DNA from: an uncultured bacterium
Lineage (GTDB): Bacteria; Eisenbacteria; RBG-16-71-46
Reading direction: 5' to 3'
Assembly (NCBI GenBank): GCA_964655175.1
Contig: CAZZLY010000001.1
Location: 95,049 to 159,048 of the forward strand
Length of the DNA stretch: 64,000 bases
Each line of letters starts with the position of its first letter. Position 1 is the first letter of the stretch. The position numbers were made by a program, and so were the translations under genes. The notes under the pieces were generated by a model. The model was not told the DNA's origin, ran no database searches, and saw nothing but the letters and a program-made list of their open reading frames with translations. Of the stretch, positions 9,920 through 19,550 are shown piece by piece.

Positions 9920-10633
9920 GTGACGCGGAAGCCGCAGCGCATCCTGCTCAAGCTCTCCGGCGAGTTGCTCGCCGGGGAGGGCGGTCAGGGCATCGACGAG
10001 GCGATCCTCGCGGGGCTCGCCGATGAGGTCCGGGACGTGCACGCCCTCGGCGTGCAGATCGGCATCGTGCTGGGTGGGGGCAACATCTTCCGTGGCGTCG
10101 CGGGCAGCGCCCGCGGCATGGACCGCGTCTCCGCGGACCACATGGGCATGCTCGCCACGGTGATCAACGCGCTGTCGCTGCAGGACGCGCTCGAGAAGCG
10201 CGGGCTGTTCACGCGCGTGCTCTCGGCCATCCGCATGGATCAGGTCGCGGAACCCTGGATCCGCCGCCGCGCGGTGCGCCACCTCGAGAAGGGGCGCATC
10301 GTCGTCATGGCGGCCGGCACGGGGAATCCGTACTTCACGACCGACACGGCGGCCGTCCTGCGCGCCGTCGAGATCGGCGCCGACGTGGTCCTCAAGGGGA
10401 CCAAGGTGGACGGCGTGTACTCGGGCGACCCCAAGAAGGACGCGTCCGCGACCTTCTTCCCTCGCATCGGCTACATGGATATCCTGAACAAGGACCTCAA
10501 GGTCATGGACGCGACCGCGATCTCGCTGTGTCGTGACAACAAGCTCCCGCTCATCGTCTTCAACGTCGGCGTGCGCGGGAACCTGGTCCGGATCGTCAAC
10601 GGTGAATCGGTGGGCACGACGGTAGGGGAGTGA
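9920..10633 (+). CDS. pyrH: Uridylate kinase
   Basis: RILLKLSGE…, amino-acid-kinase fold motifs; conserved tsf-pyrH-frr order. Confidence 0.95.
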   Translation: MTRKPQRILLKLSGELLAGEGGQGIDEAILAGLADEVRDVHALGVQIGIVLGGGNIFRGVAGSARGMDRVSADHMGMLATVINALSLQDALEKRGLFTRVLSAIRMDQVAEPWIRRRAVRHLEKGRIVVMAAGTGNPYFTTDTAAVLRAVEIGADVVLKGTKVDGVYSGDPKKDASATFFPRIGYMDILNKDLKVMDATAISLCRDNKLPLIVFNVGVRGNLVRIVNGESVGTTVGE

Positions 10634-10637
10634 CACG

Positions 10638-11195
10638 ATGGCCTCCAAGACGCTGACTGAAGCCGAAGACCGCATGAAGAAGGCGGTGGATCACGTCCGC
10701 CACGAGTTCGTCGGGATCCGCACCGGCAAGGCGAGCCCGCAGCTGCTCGACACGGTGAAGGTCGATGCCTACGGCAGCATGGTGCCGATCCAGCAGGTCG
10801 GCAGCGTGAGCGCGCCCGAGGCCCGGCTGCTCGTCGTGCAGCCCTGGGACAAGAGCCTCATCAAGGCCATCTGCAAGGGCGTGAACGAGGCCAAGCTCGG
10901 GCTCAACCCGACCGACGACGGCAACGTCGTGCGCATCCCGATCCCGACGCTGACCGAGGAGCGCCGCAAGGACCTCGTCAAGCTGATCGCCAAGTTCGCC
11001 GAGGAGGGCCGCGTGGCCATCCGCCAGATCCGTCAGGACGCGAACAAGGATCTCAAGGCGCAGGAGGACGCCGGCACGCTGCCCGCCGACGACTCCAAGC
11101 GTCAGACGGCCGAGGTCCAGAAGCTGACGGACAAGTACACCGGCACGGTGGACGAGATGCTCAAGAAGAAGACCGCCGAGGTCATGGAGGTCTGA
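10638..11195 (+). CDS. frr: Ribosome recycling factor
   Basis: 185 aa, typical RRF sequence (…VRIPIPTLTEERRKDLVK…). Confidence 0.95.
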   Translation: MASKTLTEAEDRMKKAVDHVRHEFVGIRTGKASPQLLDTVKVDAYGSMVPIQQVGSVSAPEARLLVVQPWDKSLIKAICKGVNEAKLGLNPTDDGNVVRIPIPTLTEERRKDLVKLIAKFAEEGRVAIRQIRQDANKDLKAQEDAGTLPADDSKRQTAEVQKLTDKYTGTVDEMLKKKTAEVMEV

Positions 11196-11252
11196 CGTGG
11201 TGCCGCGCCGTGGGGATCCCGCGGCGCCCCCGTCCTTCCTCCCGAGTGCTCC

Positions 11253-11993
11253 GTGGCGACCCGATCCGGTCCCGAGGCGCTGATCGCGCGCGGCAACGTG
11301 CCGCGTCACATCGCGATCATCATGGATGGCAACGGCCGCTGGGCGAAGGCCCGCGGCGTGCCGCGTGTCATGGGGCATCGGGCGGCCCGTGAGGCCGTCC
11401 GTGAGGCGGTGCGCGGCTGCACCGCGTTGGGCGTCGAGGTGCTCACGCTGTACACGTTCTCGGTCGAGAACTGGCAGCGTCCCGCGCGCGAGGTCAGCGC
11501 GCTCATGACGATCCTGCGCGAGACCCTGCGCGCCGAGCGCAAGGAGCTCGACGCGAACAACGTCCGCCTCCAGGTCATCGGCCGCATCGACGACCTGCCG
11601 GCCGCGGCGCGCGCCACCATCGCCGAGACGCAGGAGTACCTCGCCGACAACACCGGCCTGCAGTTGAACCTCGCGCTCTCGTACAGCGGGCGGGCCGAAC
11701 TCGTGGACGCCGCGCGCCGTCTCATGCGCGACGCGCTCACGATGGGCCTCGATCCGGCCAAGGTCGACGAGGAGTTCCTGGGCAGCTATCTGTACACCGC
11801 GGGCCTGCCCGACCCCGACCTGCTCATCCGCACGAGCGGCGAGATGCGGCTGTCGAACTTCATGCTCTGGCAACTCGCGTACACCGAGCTGTGGATCACC
11901 GACATCCTGTGGCCCGACTTCCGCCGGCAGCACCTGTACGACGCGGTCGCCGACTTCCAGGGCCGCGAGCGCCGCTTCGGGCGTTCGGACTGA
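11253..11993 (+). CDS. uppS: Undecaprenyl diphosphate synthase (cis-prenyltransferase)
   Basis: HIAIIMDGNGRWAK…, …TLYTFSVENW… signature motifs. Confidence 0.9.
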   Translation: MATRSGPEALIARGNVPRHIAIIMDGNGRWAKARGVPRVMGHRAAREAVREAVRGCTALGVEVLTLYTFSVENWQRPAREVSALMTILRETLRAERKELDANNVRLQVIGRIDDLPAAARATIAETQEYLADNTGLQLNLALSYSGRAELVDAARRLMRDALTMGLDPAKVDEEFLGSYLYTAGLPDPDLLIRTSGEMRLSNFMLWQLAYTELWITDILWPDFRRQHLYDAVADFQGRERRFGRSD

Positions 11994-12037
11994 GCCGGGG
12001 GGACGCACTGGACGCCACGCCGCCACCCGCCGGTCCC

Positions 12038-12919
12038 GTGACCCCGACCCCGCCCGCGAAGCGCACGCAGTGGGCGCTGCGCCTGCGTGTCGTGAGCGGC
12101 GTCCTGTTCGTGCCGCTGCTGATCCTGCTCGCGCGTGCGGGCGGCATGGCGTGGCTGGGCTTCGTCGCGCTGCAGACCTTCCTCGGGCTCGAGGAGTTCT
12201 TCCGCATGGCGCGCTCGAAGGCGCTCGTGCCCGTGCGTGCGCTGGGGCTCGTGACCGGACTCGCGCTGCTGGGGCTGGCGTACCGACCGCAGACGCCGTA
12301 CGCGTCGCTGCTCGCCACCGCGGTGTTCCTGCTGCTGCTCGCCTGGTCGCTGCGCCGCGCCGGACAGCCGCGCATCCTCGAGAGCGCGGCCGTGACCGTG
12401 TTCGGCGTGCTGTACGTGGGCGGACTCTCGGCGCACTTCGTGCTGCTGCGTGAACTGCCGTGGCAGGCGGGGCTCGCGTATCGCGACGGTGCCTCGCTCG
12501 TGCTGTACACCTTCCTCGTGACCTGGGCGTGCGACACCGGCGCGTATCTGACCGGGCGGGCGTTCGGACGCACCCGGCCCTGGGCGAGCATCTCGCCGCG
12601 CAAGACCCTCGAGGGCTCGCTCGGTGGATTCGTGTTCGCGCTCGTGGCCTCGTTCATCGCTTCGCGCACGTTCCTGCACGCGCAGGGGGGCGGGCCGTTG
12701 CTGACGGGCGTGCATCCGTGGCTGCTGGGCGCGCTCGTCGGCGTGTTCGGGCAGGTGGGCGACCTGGTCGAGTCGCTGTTCAAGCGCGATGCGGCGAGTG
12801 GCGATTCGTCGGATCTGATCCCCGGTCACGGCGGTGTGCTCGACCGCTTCGACAGCCTCTATTTCGGCGCGCCGATCGTGTACCACTACCTGCGCGCCGT
12901 GATCCTGCAGGTCCCGTGA
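12038..12919 (+). CDS. cdsA: Phosphatidate cytidylyltransferase (CDP-diglyceride synthase); start codon uncertain (GTG 12038 chosen just downstream of uppS stop)
   Basis: Multi-TM protein with C-terminal CdsA signature …SxxKRxxGVKDxGxxIPGHGGxLDRxDS… (KRDAASGDSSDLIPGHGGVLDRFDS). Confidence 0.75.
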   Translation: MTPTPPAKRTQWALRLRVVSGVLFVPLLILLARAGGMAWLGFVALQTFLGLEEFFRMARSKALVPVRALGLVTGLALLGLAYRPQTPYASLLATAVFLLLLAWSLRRAGQPRILESAAVTVFGVLYVGGLSAHFVLLRELPWQAGLAYRDGASLVLYTFLVTWACDTGAYLTGRAFGRTRPWASISPRKTLEGSLGGFVFALVASFIASRTFLHAQGGGPLLTGVHPWLLGALVGVFGQVGDLVESLFKRDAASGDSSDLIPGHGGVLDRFDSLYFGAPIVYHYLRAVILQVP

Positions 12920-14076
12920 GCGACGTCCGCACGCTGGCGGTGCTCGGCTCGACCGGGTCGATCGGCGAGCAGACGCTCGACGTCGCCTCGCGCGAGCGTG
13001 AGCGCCTGCGCGTCGTCGCCCTGGCGGCGGGCCGTTCGCTCGTGAAGCTCACCGAGCAGGTGATCGCCTGGCAGCCGTCGTACGTGGCGCTGGAGCAGGC
13101 CGAGGATCCGATCGCCGCACGGGCGCAGTTGCAGGCCGCCGCGCCCGGGGCGGACGTCGAGGTGGGCGAGGGCGCGGCCGCGCGTCTGGCCGCGCGCTGC
13201 GGCGCCGACGTCGTCGTCAACGGCATCGTCGGCGCGGCCGGTCTTGCGGCCTCGCTCGCGGTTCTGGAACGCGGGGCCGCTCTCGCGCTCGCCAACAAGG
13301 AGACGTTGGTCATCGGCGCGCCGCTCGTGCACGCGGCGCTCGCTCGGCACGGCGGGAGCATGTTGCCGATCGACAGCGAGCATTCCGCCTCCCTGCAGTG
13401 CCTGCTCGGACGCCCGAGCGCCGAGGTGGCGAAGCTCACGCTCACCGCTTCGGGCGGTCCGCTGCGACGGCATCCCGATTGGCGGCGCGCCACGCCCGCC
13501 GAGGTGCTGGCGCATCCGGTCTGGGCCATGGGCCCGCGCATCACCACGGACTCGGCCACGCTCTTCAACAAGGGGCTCGAGATCCTCGAGGCGCACGCGT
13601 TGTTCGGACTCGGCTTCGACCAGCTGGATGCCGTCATCCAGCCGGGCGCCGTGCTGCACGCGATCGTCACGTTCCGCGACGGCTCGTTGATCGCGCAGGC
13701 GGCGCATCCCGACATGCGGTTGCCGATCCAGTTGGCGTTGTCGTGGCCCGAGCGTTGGGGCCCGGCGGTGCCCGCGATCCCCGTGACCGCGCTCGCAGGG
13801 CTGACGATCGAGCCGATCGAGGCCGGCCGGTTCCCCGCCTACGACTGCGCACTCGCGGCCGGTCGGGCCGGAGGCACCGCACCGTGCGTGCTCAACGCCG
13901 CCGACGAGGTCGCCGTGCAGGCGTTCCTGGACGGGGCGATCCCGTTGGGTCGCGTCCCCGAGGTGCTCGCCCGCGTGCTCGACGCGCACACGGTCGAGCC
14001 GGTCACGTCGTTCGAGCAGTTGCGCGGGGTGGACGCCTGGGCGCGCGCGGCGGCCCGGGAGGCGGTGCGCGCGTGA
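12916..14076 (+). CDS. dxr: 1-deoxy-D-xylulose 5-phosphate reductoisomerase
   Basis: LAVLGSTGSIGEQTLDV… NADPH-binding motif, …LANKE…, full-length Dxr similarity; GTG 12916 overlaps cdsA stop (GTGA). Confidence 0.9.
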   Translation: MSDVRTLAVLGSTGSIGEQTLDVASRERERLRVVALAAGRSLVKLTEQVIAWQPSYVALEQAEDPIAARAQLQAAAPGADVEVGEGAAARLAARCGADVVVNGIVGAAGLAASLAVLERGAALALANKETLVIGAPLVHAALARHGGSMLPIDSEHSASLQCLLGRPSAEVAKLTLTASGGPLRRHPDWRRATPAEVLAHPVWAMGPRITTDSATLFNKGLEILEAHALFGLGFDQLDAVIQPGAVLHAIVTFRDGSLIAQAAHPDMRLPIQLALSWPERWGPAVPAIPVTALAGLTIEPIEAGRFPAYDCALAAGRAGGTAPCVLNAADEVAVQAFLDGAIPLGRVPEVLARVLDAHTVEPVTSFEQLRGVDAWARAAAREAVRA

Positions 14077-15083
14077 GCGCGCCGATCGTCGCCGTGCGTC
14101 TGCGGGCGCTCGGCGATCTCGTGCTGAGCACGGCCGCGTTCCGTTCGCTCGCCGAAGGACATCCCGGTTCGCCGCTCCACGTGGTGACCGACGCGCGCTT
14201 CGCGCCGCTGCTCGAGGGGCAGCCGGGCATCGCCCGCGTGTGGCCCGTCGCGCGCACCCATCGCGCCACGTTCGCCACCGCGTGGGGGCTGCGTGCGCTC
14301 GCGCCCGCGCTGGCGGTGGATTTCTTCGGGAACTCGCGCAGTGCGCTCATCGCCCGCGGTTCGGGGGCGGGCACCGTGTGGGGCTACGACATGCGCGGTC
14401 GTGGGCGGCTGTACCACCGCACCGTGCCGCGTGTCGCGCACACCGACGACGATCGTCGTGAATACGCGGCCGCCTCGCTCGTGCGGCTGGCGCGTGCCGC
14501 CGGTGGGGCGGACGTCCCCGCGTTCCCGCGTCTCGTGCTCACCGACGCGATGCGCCGTGCGGGGGAGGCGGTGCTCGAGCGAGCCGGCGTGACCGACCCG
14601 GCGCGCACGGTGGCCTTGGTCGCAGCCGGCTCTTGGCCCAGCAAGACCTGGCCGCTCGCGAACTCGGCGCAGTTGGCGCTCGCGCTGCGTGCGGCCGGTC
14701 ACCCGGTGGTCGCCATCGGTGGGCCCGGCGAGGAGGGCGTGCTCGCGCGACTCGCCGCGCTGGCGCCCGGCACGCCGGTGCTCACCGCGCCGGACGTGGC
14801 CGCACTCGCGGGTGCGATCGCGCCCCTGCGCGCTCTGGTGGGCACCGACAGCGGACCGCGACATCTGGCGATCGCGTTCGGGCGACCGACCTTCACGTGG
14901 TTCGGTCCCGCGCATCCGGCCGCCTGGACCCCCGACGATCCGCGTCACGGGCTGTGGCGCACGAGCTTGCCCTGCCGCGCCTGCGAGCGCACCGTGTGTC
15001 CGCATTGGAACTGTCTGCCCGGGCTCTCGGCCCGCGCGGCCACCGCGCTCGTGCTCGAGCATCTGGAGCGTCATGGACGATAG
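14073..15083 (+). CDS. ADP-heptose:LPS heptosyltransferase (GT9 family)
   Basis: GT9 features: N-terminal …RLRALGDLVLSTAAFRSL…, C-terminal …GTDSGPRHLAIAFGRPTFTWFGP…; GTG start overlaps dxr stop (GTGA). Confidence 0.75.
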   Translation: MSAPIVAVRLRALGDLVLSTAAFRSLAEGHPGSPLHVVTDARFAPLLEGQPGIARVWPVARTHRATFATAWGLRALAPALAVDFFGNSRSALIARGSGAGTVWGYDMRGRGRLYHRTVPRVAHTDDDRREYAAASLVRLARAAGGADVPAFPRLVLTDAMRRAGEAVLERAGVTDPARTVALVAAGSWPSKTWPLANSAQLALALRAAGHPVVAIGGPGEEGVLARLAALAPGTPVLTAPDVAALAGAIAPLRALVGTDSGPRHLAIAFGRPTFTWFGPAHPAAWTPDDPRHGLWRTSLPCRACERTVCPHWNCLPGLSARAATALVLEHLERHGR

Positions 15084-15846
15084 GCTGCCCCTGAGCGTGC
15101 TGCTGCTCGTGCGCGACGAGGTCGCGGACGTGGAGGCCCTGCTGCCGACGCTGTCGTTCGCGCGTCAGGTGGTCGTGGTCTGGGATCCGCGTGGCGATCG
15201 CGCGGCCCGTGCTGCCGCCGAACGGCTCGGCGCCGAGGTCCATGAACGCGTCTTCGACGGCTTCGGGCCACAGCGCGCGGCCGCGCTCGCGGCCTGTCGC
15301 GAGGACTGGGTGCTGTGGCTCGACGCCGACGAGCGTCTCGATGCGCGCGCCGTCACGGCCCTGCGCACGGCCCTCGCCACCCGGTCGAGCACGACGCACT
15401 TCCGGTTCGCGCGTGCGACCTGGTTCCTGGGGCGTCGCATCCGCTTCTGCGGCTGGCAGGGCGAGCGGCTCGTGCGGCTGTTCCGCCGTGCCGAGGCGCG
15501 TTTCGACGATGCGCCGGTGCACGAGCGTGTCCACGTCGCGGGGGAGGGGCCCGGGGAACTGCCCGGGACGATCGAGCACCTGAGTTATCGCACGTGGGAC
15601 GATTGCGTGGCCAAGATGCTGCGCTACGCCCCCGCCAACGCGGACAAGGCGTACGCCCTCGGGCGCCGCGCGGGGCTGCTCGACGTGATGCTGCGGCCAC
15701 CGTTGCGATTCCTGCGGCAGTACGTCCTGCAGGGGGGTGTGCTCGACGGTGCGCACGGGTTCGTGCTGTGTGCGCTCGCGTCCACGCAGGTGCTCCTCAA
15801 GTACGCGGCGTTGTGGCAGCGCTCACGCGAGGAGCGTGGCGCATGA
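15073..15846 (+). CDS. Family 2 glycosyltransferase (LPS-core type, WaaE/KdtX-like)
   Basis: LSVLLLVRDE…, …WVLWLDADERL… (DxD-type), 257 aa; overlaps upstream gene by 11 nt. Confidence 0.75.
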   Translation: MDDRLPLSVLLLVRDEVADVEALLPTLSFARQVVVVWDPRGDRAARAAAERLGAEVHERVFDGFGPQRAAALAACREDWVLWLDADERLDARAVTALRTALATRSSTTHFRFARATWFLGRRIRFCGWQGERLVRLFRRAEARFDDAPVHERVHVAGEGPGELPGTIEHLSYRTWDDCVAKMLRYAPANADKAYALGRRAGLLDVMLRPPLRFLRQYVLQGGVLDGAHGFVLCALASTQVLLKYAALWQRSREERGA

Positions 15847-16922
15847 CGCGGATCGCGCTCCTCGGCGCGTGGGATCCGGCCTATCCGCGCAATCGCGTCG
15901 TGCGCGACGGCCTGCGGCTCGCGGGGCACACGGTGCTCGAGGCGCGCGTGCGCGATCGGCGTGCGTTCCGTCGCTATCCGGCGCTGTTGCGGGCGTGGTC
16001 GCGCGTGGCGCGTCACAGCGATGCGATCCTCGTCCCCGAGTTCCGGCACAAGGACGTCCCGTTGGCGCGCCTCGTGGCCGGTCGCCGTCCGTTGCTCTTC
16101 GATCCGCTCGTGTCGCGGTGGGACACGCTGGTCGGGGACTGGCGTCTGCACGCCGAGCGCTCCGCGCAGGCGAGGTGGAATCGTGGGATCGACCGCTGGG
16201 TGTTCCGTGCCGCCGACCGCATCCTGTGCGACACGTGGGCGCACGGCGAGTTGTTCGTCGAGTTGGGGGCCGCCCGCGAACGCTTGAGTCGCGTGCTCGT
16301 GGGTGCCGAAGCGGTGTTCTTCGACGTGCCGTCGCCGCCCCCCGACGGTCCGGTGCGCATCCTGTACGTGGGTGGTTTCCTGCCGCTGCACGGGGTGGGC
16401 ACCATGCTCGAGGCGTTCGCCCGACTGGAGCGCGACCCGCTCCTGCGCGATCGCTACCAGGTGCAGTTGGTGGGCACCGGCATCGAGTACGCCGAGGCGC
16501 GCGCGTTCGTCGAGCGCGAGGGCCTCGAGCGCGTCGGGTTCACCGGGCGACTGTCGTACACCGACCTGCCGCGCGTGCTCGAGGACGCGCACGTCGTCCT
16601 CGGTGCGTTCGGCCGCGGCGCCAAGACGGGCCGCGTCATCCCGCACAAGCTGTGGCAGGGACTCGCCGCCGGACGCGCGGTGGTCACCGGCGATGGTCCG
16701 GGGCCGCGCGAATTGTTCACCGACGGCCGTGAACTGCGTCTCGTCCCGCGTGGGGACGCGGCCGCGTTGGCGGAGGCGTTGGCAGGCCTCATCGTGGAGC
16801 CCGCGCAGCGCACCGCGCTCGGCGAAGCGGGCCGCGCGGCGGCGCGCGCCCATGGTCATCCCGAGGCGATCGGCCGCCAGCTCGACGAGGCGCTGCGAGC
16901 CTGTGCGCGGGAGGGACGTTGA
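15843..16922 (+). CDS. Glycosyltransferase family 1 (GT4-like)
   Basis: C-terminal GT-B Rossmann region (…ILYVGGFLPLHGVG…, …E…E motif GTGIEYAEA); ATG overlaps GT2 stop (ATGA). Confidence 0.7.
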   Translation: MTRIALLGAWDPAYPRNRVVRDGLRLAGHTVLEARVRDRRAFRRYPALLRAWSRVARHSDAILVPEFRHKDVPLARLVAGRRPLLFDPLVSRWDTLVGDWRLHAERSAQARWNRGIDRWVFRAADRILCDTWAHGELFVELGAARERLSRVLVGAEAVFFDVPSPPPDGPVRILYVGGFLPLHGVGTMLEAFARLERDPLLRDRYQVQLVGTGIEYAEARAFVEREGLERVGFTGRLSYTDLPRVLEDAHVVLGAFGRGAKTGRVIPHKLWQGLAAGRAVVTGDGPGPRELFTDGRELRLVPRGDAAALAEALAGLIVEPAQRTALGEAGRAAARAHGHPEAIGRQLDEALRACAREGR

Positions 16923-18028
16923 TGCGGATCGCCCATCTCGACACCGGTCGCACCTGGCGCGGCGGGCAGGGACAGTGCCTGTTGCTCATGCGCGAGCTGC
17001 GAGCCCGCGGTCACGAGCAGTGGTTGTTGGCCCCCGCAGGGCCGTTGCTCGATCGCGCGCGCGCCGAGGGCTTCCAGGTGCAGGCGTGGCGACCGCACGG
17101 CGAGCTCGACGTGTTCGCGATGCTCGCGGCCGCACGGGGCCTTCGGCAGGCGGGTGTCGAGGTCGTGCACGCGCACAGCGCGCACGCCCACGCGGTGGGC
17201 GTGCCCGCGGCCCGGTGGGCGGGGGTGCCCGCCGTGTTCGTGTCGCGTCGCGTGGATTTCAAGGTGCGCACCAACCCGTTCAGCGCCCTCAAGTACGCGC
17301 TGCCGGTGGACCGTTACCTGTGCATCAGTGAAGGCGTGCGCGCCGCGATGCTCGCCTCCGGGGTGCCCGACGCCCGTCTGCGGCTGGTGCCGAGCGGGGT
17401 GGACTTCGTCGAGGTGCGCGCGGCGGGAGCGCGCCCCGCTCCGTCCCTGCGCGAGTGGTTGGGGCTGCCCGCCGACGCCGAGATCGTGGGCACGGTCGCT
17501 TCGCTGGCGCCGCACAAGAACCACGCCCTGTTGCTCGAGGCGGTACCCGCGGTGCTGCGCACCCGACCGCGAGCGCACTTCGTGTGGCTCGGCGAGGGCG
17601 AGACGCGCACGGCCCTCGAGCGCCGTCGTGCCGAACTCGGGCTCGAGCGTCACGTGCACCTGCCGGGCTTCCACGCCGAGGCCCGCGCGCTCATGCGGCA
17701 GTTCGACCTGTTCGTGCTGTCGAGTCACCTCGAGGGGCTGTGCACGTCGCTGCTCGACGCGCAGGTGCTGCACGTGCCGATCGTGGCGACCGCGGTGGGT
17801 GGGGTGCCCGAGGTGGTGCGCGACGGTGTCACCGGTCGGCTCGTGCACGAGCTCGCGCCCGCACCGCTGGCGGCCGCGATCGTCGAGGCGCTGGCCGACC
17901 CGGCCCTGCGCGGCGAATGGGTGGCGCAGGGCGTGCGTGCGGTCGAGGCGTTCGGCATCGGGAACACCGCGGAACGCACGCTCGAGGCCTATCGCGAGGT
18001 CCTTCGGGAGCAGGCCCCGAAGGCTTGA
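16919..18028 (+). CDS. Glycosyltransferase family 1 (GT4-like)
   Basis: …HAHSAHAH…, …LPGFHAEARALMRQFDLFVLSSHLEGLCTSLLDAQVLHVPIVATAVGGVPEVV… typical GT4 EX7E region. Confidence 0.8.
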   Translation: MMRIAHLDTGRTWRGGQGQCLLLMRELRARGHEQWLLAPAGPLLDRARAEGFQVQAWRPHGELDVFAMLAAARGLRQAGVEVVHAHSAHAHAVGVPAARWAGVPAVFVSRRVDFKVRTNPFSALKYALPVDRYLCISEGVRAAMLASGVPDARLRLVPSGVDFVEVRAAGARPAPSLREWLGLPADAEIVGTVASLAPHKNHALLLEAVPAVLRTRPRAHFVWLGEGETRTALERRRAELGLERHVHLPGFHAEARALMRQFDLFVLSSHLEGLCTSLLDAQVLHVPIVATAVGGVPEVVRDGVTGRLVHELAPAPLAAAIVEALADPALRGEWVAQGVRAVEAFGIGNTAERTLEAYREVLREQAPKA

Positions 18029-18146
18029 CGGGTTCGTCACGAAAGCGGCGCTCCCGGGGTGCCGATGCCAAGACCCAAGTGTTTGACGCACAACGAGTCA
18101 CGCGGTTAGCCTCACGCGTCGTCCGACATCCTTCCCGGGGGTCCCC

Positions 18147-19550
18147 GTGGCATTCCCGTTGTTCCACAGCATCGTGAGCTTCTGGCCCGTGATCCCGCTG
18201 TTGGGGATCGTCATCTTCTTCCATGAACTCGGGCACTTCCTCGCGGCCAAGTGGCGCGGCGTGACGGTGATCAAGTTCTCGCTGGGCATGGGTCCGGAGA
18301 TGATCGGATTCAGCCACGCCGGCACGCGTTATTCGCTGTCCTGGGTGCCGCTCGGCGGCTTCGTCCAGATGGCCGGCGACCAGTTGCAGGAGGACGGCAC
18401 GTTGCCGCCGGGCGGCCCCGAGCAGTTCCTCACGCATCCGTGGTACGGCCGTGTGATCATCGCGCTGGCGGGTCCGGCCGCGAACCTCGTGACCGCGTGG
18501 GTCGTGGTCATCCTCACGCTGGTGATCGGTTTCTCGCGCCCCGACTTCCCCAACGTCATCGGCGCGGTGCGTGAGGACGGTCCCGCCTGGGCCGCCGGGG
18601 TCCGCGAGGGCGACCGGTTCGTCGCGGCCGAGGGCGTCACGGTCGAGAACTGGCACGGGCTGGTGGACGTGCTCGAGGCGGCCGACTCCACGAAGGCGGT
18701 CACGGTCGCGTTCGAGCGCGCCCAGGGTCACGAGCGCTACGACGTGCAGGTGGCGCCCGGGCAGGCGGCGGCGTGGATGGTGGGCTTGGAGCCCGTGGGC
18801 CTGCGCGCCATCGTCGGCGCGGTCACGCCGGGCATGCCCGCCTATCGTGCGGGGGTCAAGGAGGGCGACCGCTTCGTCGCCATCGATGGCCTCCCGGTGC
18901 AGTGGTTCCACGAGGTCCACGAGCGGCTCAAGGGCCGCGCCGATCGCCGCGTGGTGTTCACGATCGAGCGCGAGGGCCGGCGCTTCGATCTCGCGATCAC
19001 GCCCATGCGCGCCGATCCCGAGCAGCCCGACAGCCCCGACGGAGCGATCGGCGTCATGGCGCCGCGCGAGATGGTCTACACCGAGCGCATGTCGTTCCCG
19101 CGCGCCTTCTCGTCGTCGTTCCCGCAGATCGGCAGCATGGTCGTCACCGTGTTCAAGAACCTCGGTCTCACCCTGACGCGACCGCTCTACTACAAGGGCG
19201 CCGTCGGCGGTCCCATCCTGATCGCGCAGATGGCGCGCGAGTCCGCCAAGCAGGGGCTCGACAGCTGGCTGTGGTTCCTCGCCATGATCAACCTCGCCAT
19301 CATGGCCTTCAATCTGCTGCCGGTGCCGCTGCTCGACGGCGGTCACGTGGTGCTGGCCTGCCTCGAGGGCATCCGTCGTCGTCCGGTCTCGGGCAACGCC
19401 TACATCAACTTCCAGAAGGTGGGGTTGGTGCTGGTCGGGTCGTTGTTCCTCTTCATCGTCTCGCAGGACATCCTGCGTCCGATCCTGCGCGCGCGTGCGG
19501 TCGAGCAGGCCCCCCGGGAGAGCACCACGGTTGCGCCACCGTCCCACTGA
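18147..19550 (+). CDS. rseP: RIP metalloprotease RseP (site-2 protease, M50 with PDZ domains)
   Basis: HELGHFLAAKWRGV (HExxH in TM1), PDZ regions, C-terminal LLPVPLLDGGHV motif. Confidence 0.9.
   Translation: MAFPLFHSIVSFWPVIPLLGIVIFFHELGHFLAAKWRGVTVIKFSLGMGPEMIGFSHAGTRYSLSWVPLGGFVQMAGDQLQEDGTLPPGGPEQFLTHPWYGRVIIALAGPAANLVTAWVVVILTLVIGFSRPDFPNVIGAVREDGPAWAAGVREGDRFVAAEGVTVENWHGLVDVLEAADSTKAVTVAFERAQGHERYDVQVAPGQAAAWMVGLEPVGLRAIVGAVTPGMPAYRAGVKEGDRFVAIDGLPVQWFHEVHERLKGRADRRVVFTIEREGRRFDLAITPMRADPEQPDSPDGAIGVMAPREMVYTERMSFPRAFSSSFPQIGSMVVTVFKNLGLTLTRPLYYKGAVGGPILIAQMARESAKQGLDSWLWFLAMINLAIMAFNLLPVPLLDGGHVVLACLEGIRRRPVSGNAYINFQKVGLVLVGSLFLFIVSQDILRPILRARAVEQAPRESTTVAPPSH

Noticed and set aside
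18028-18147. TTGACG-N17-TTAGCC promoter-like sequence upstream of rseP
   Set aside because: The -10 element matches the consensus too poorly to call; left unannotated.
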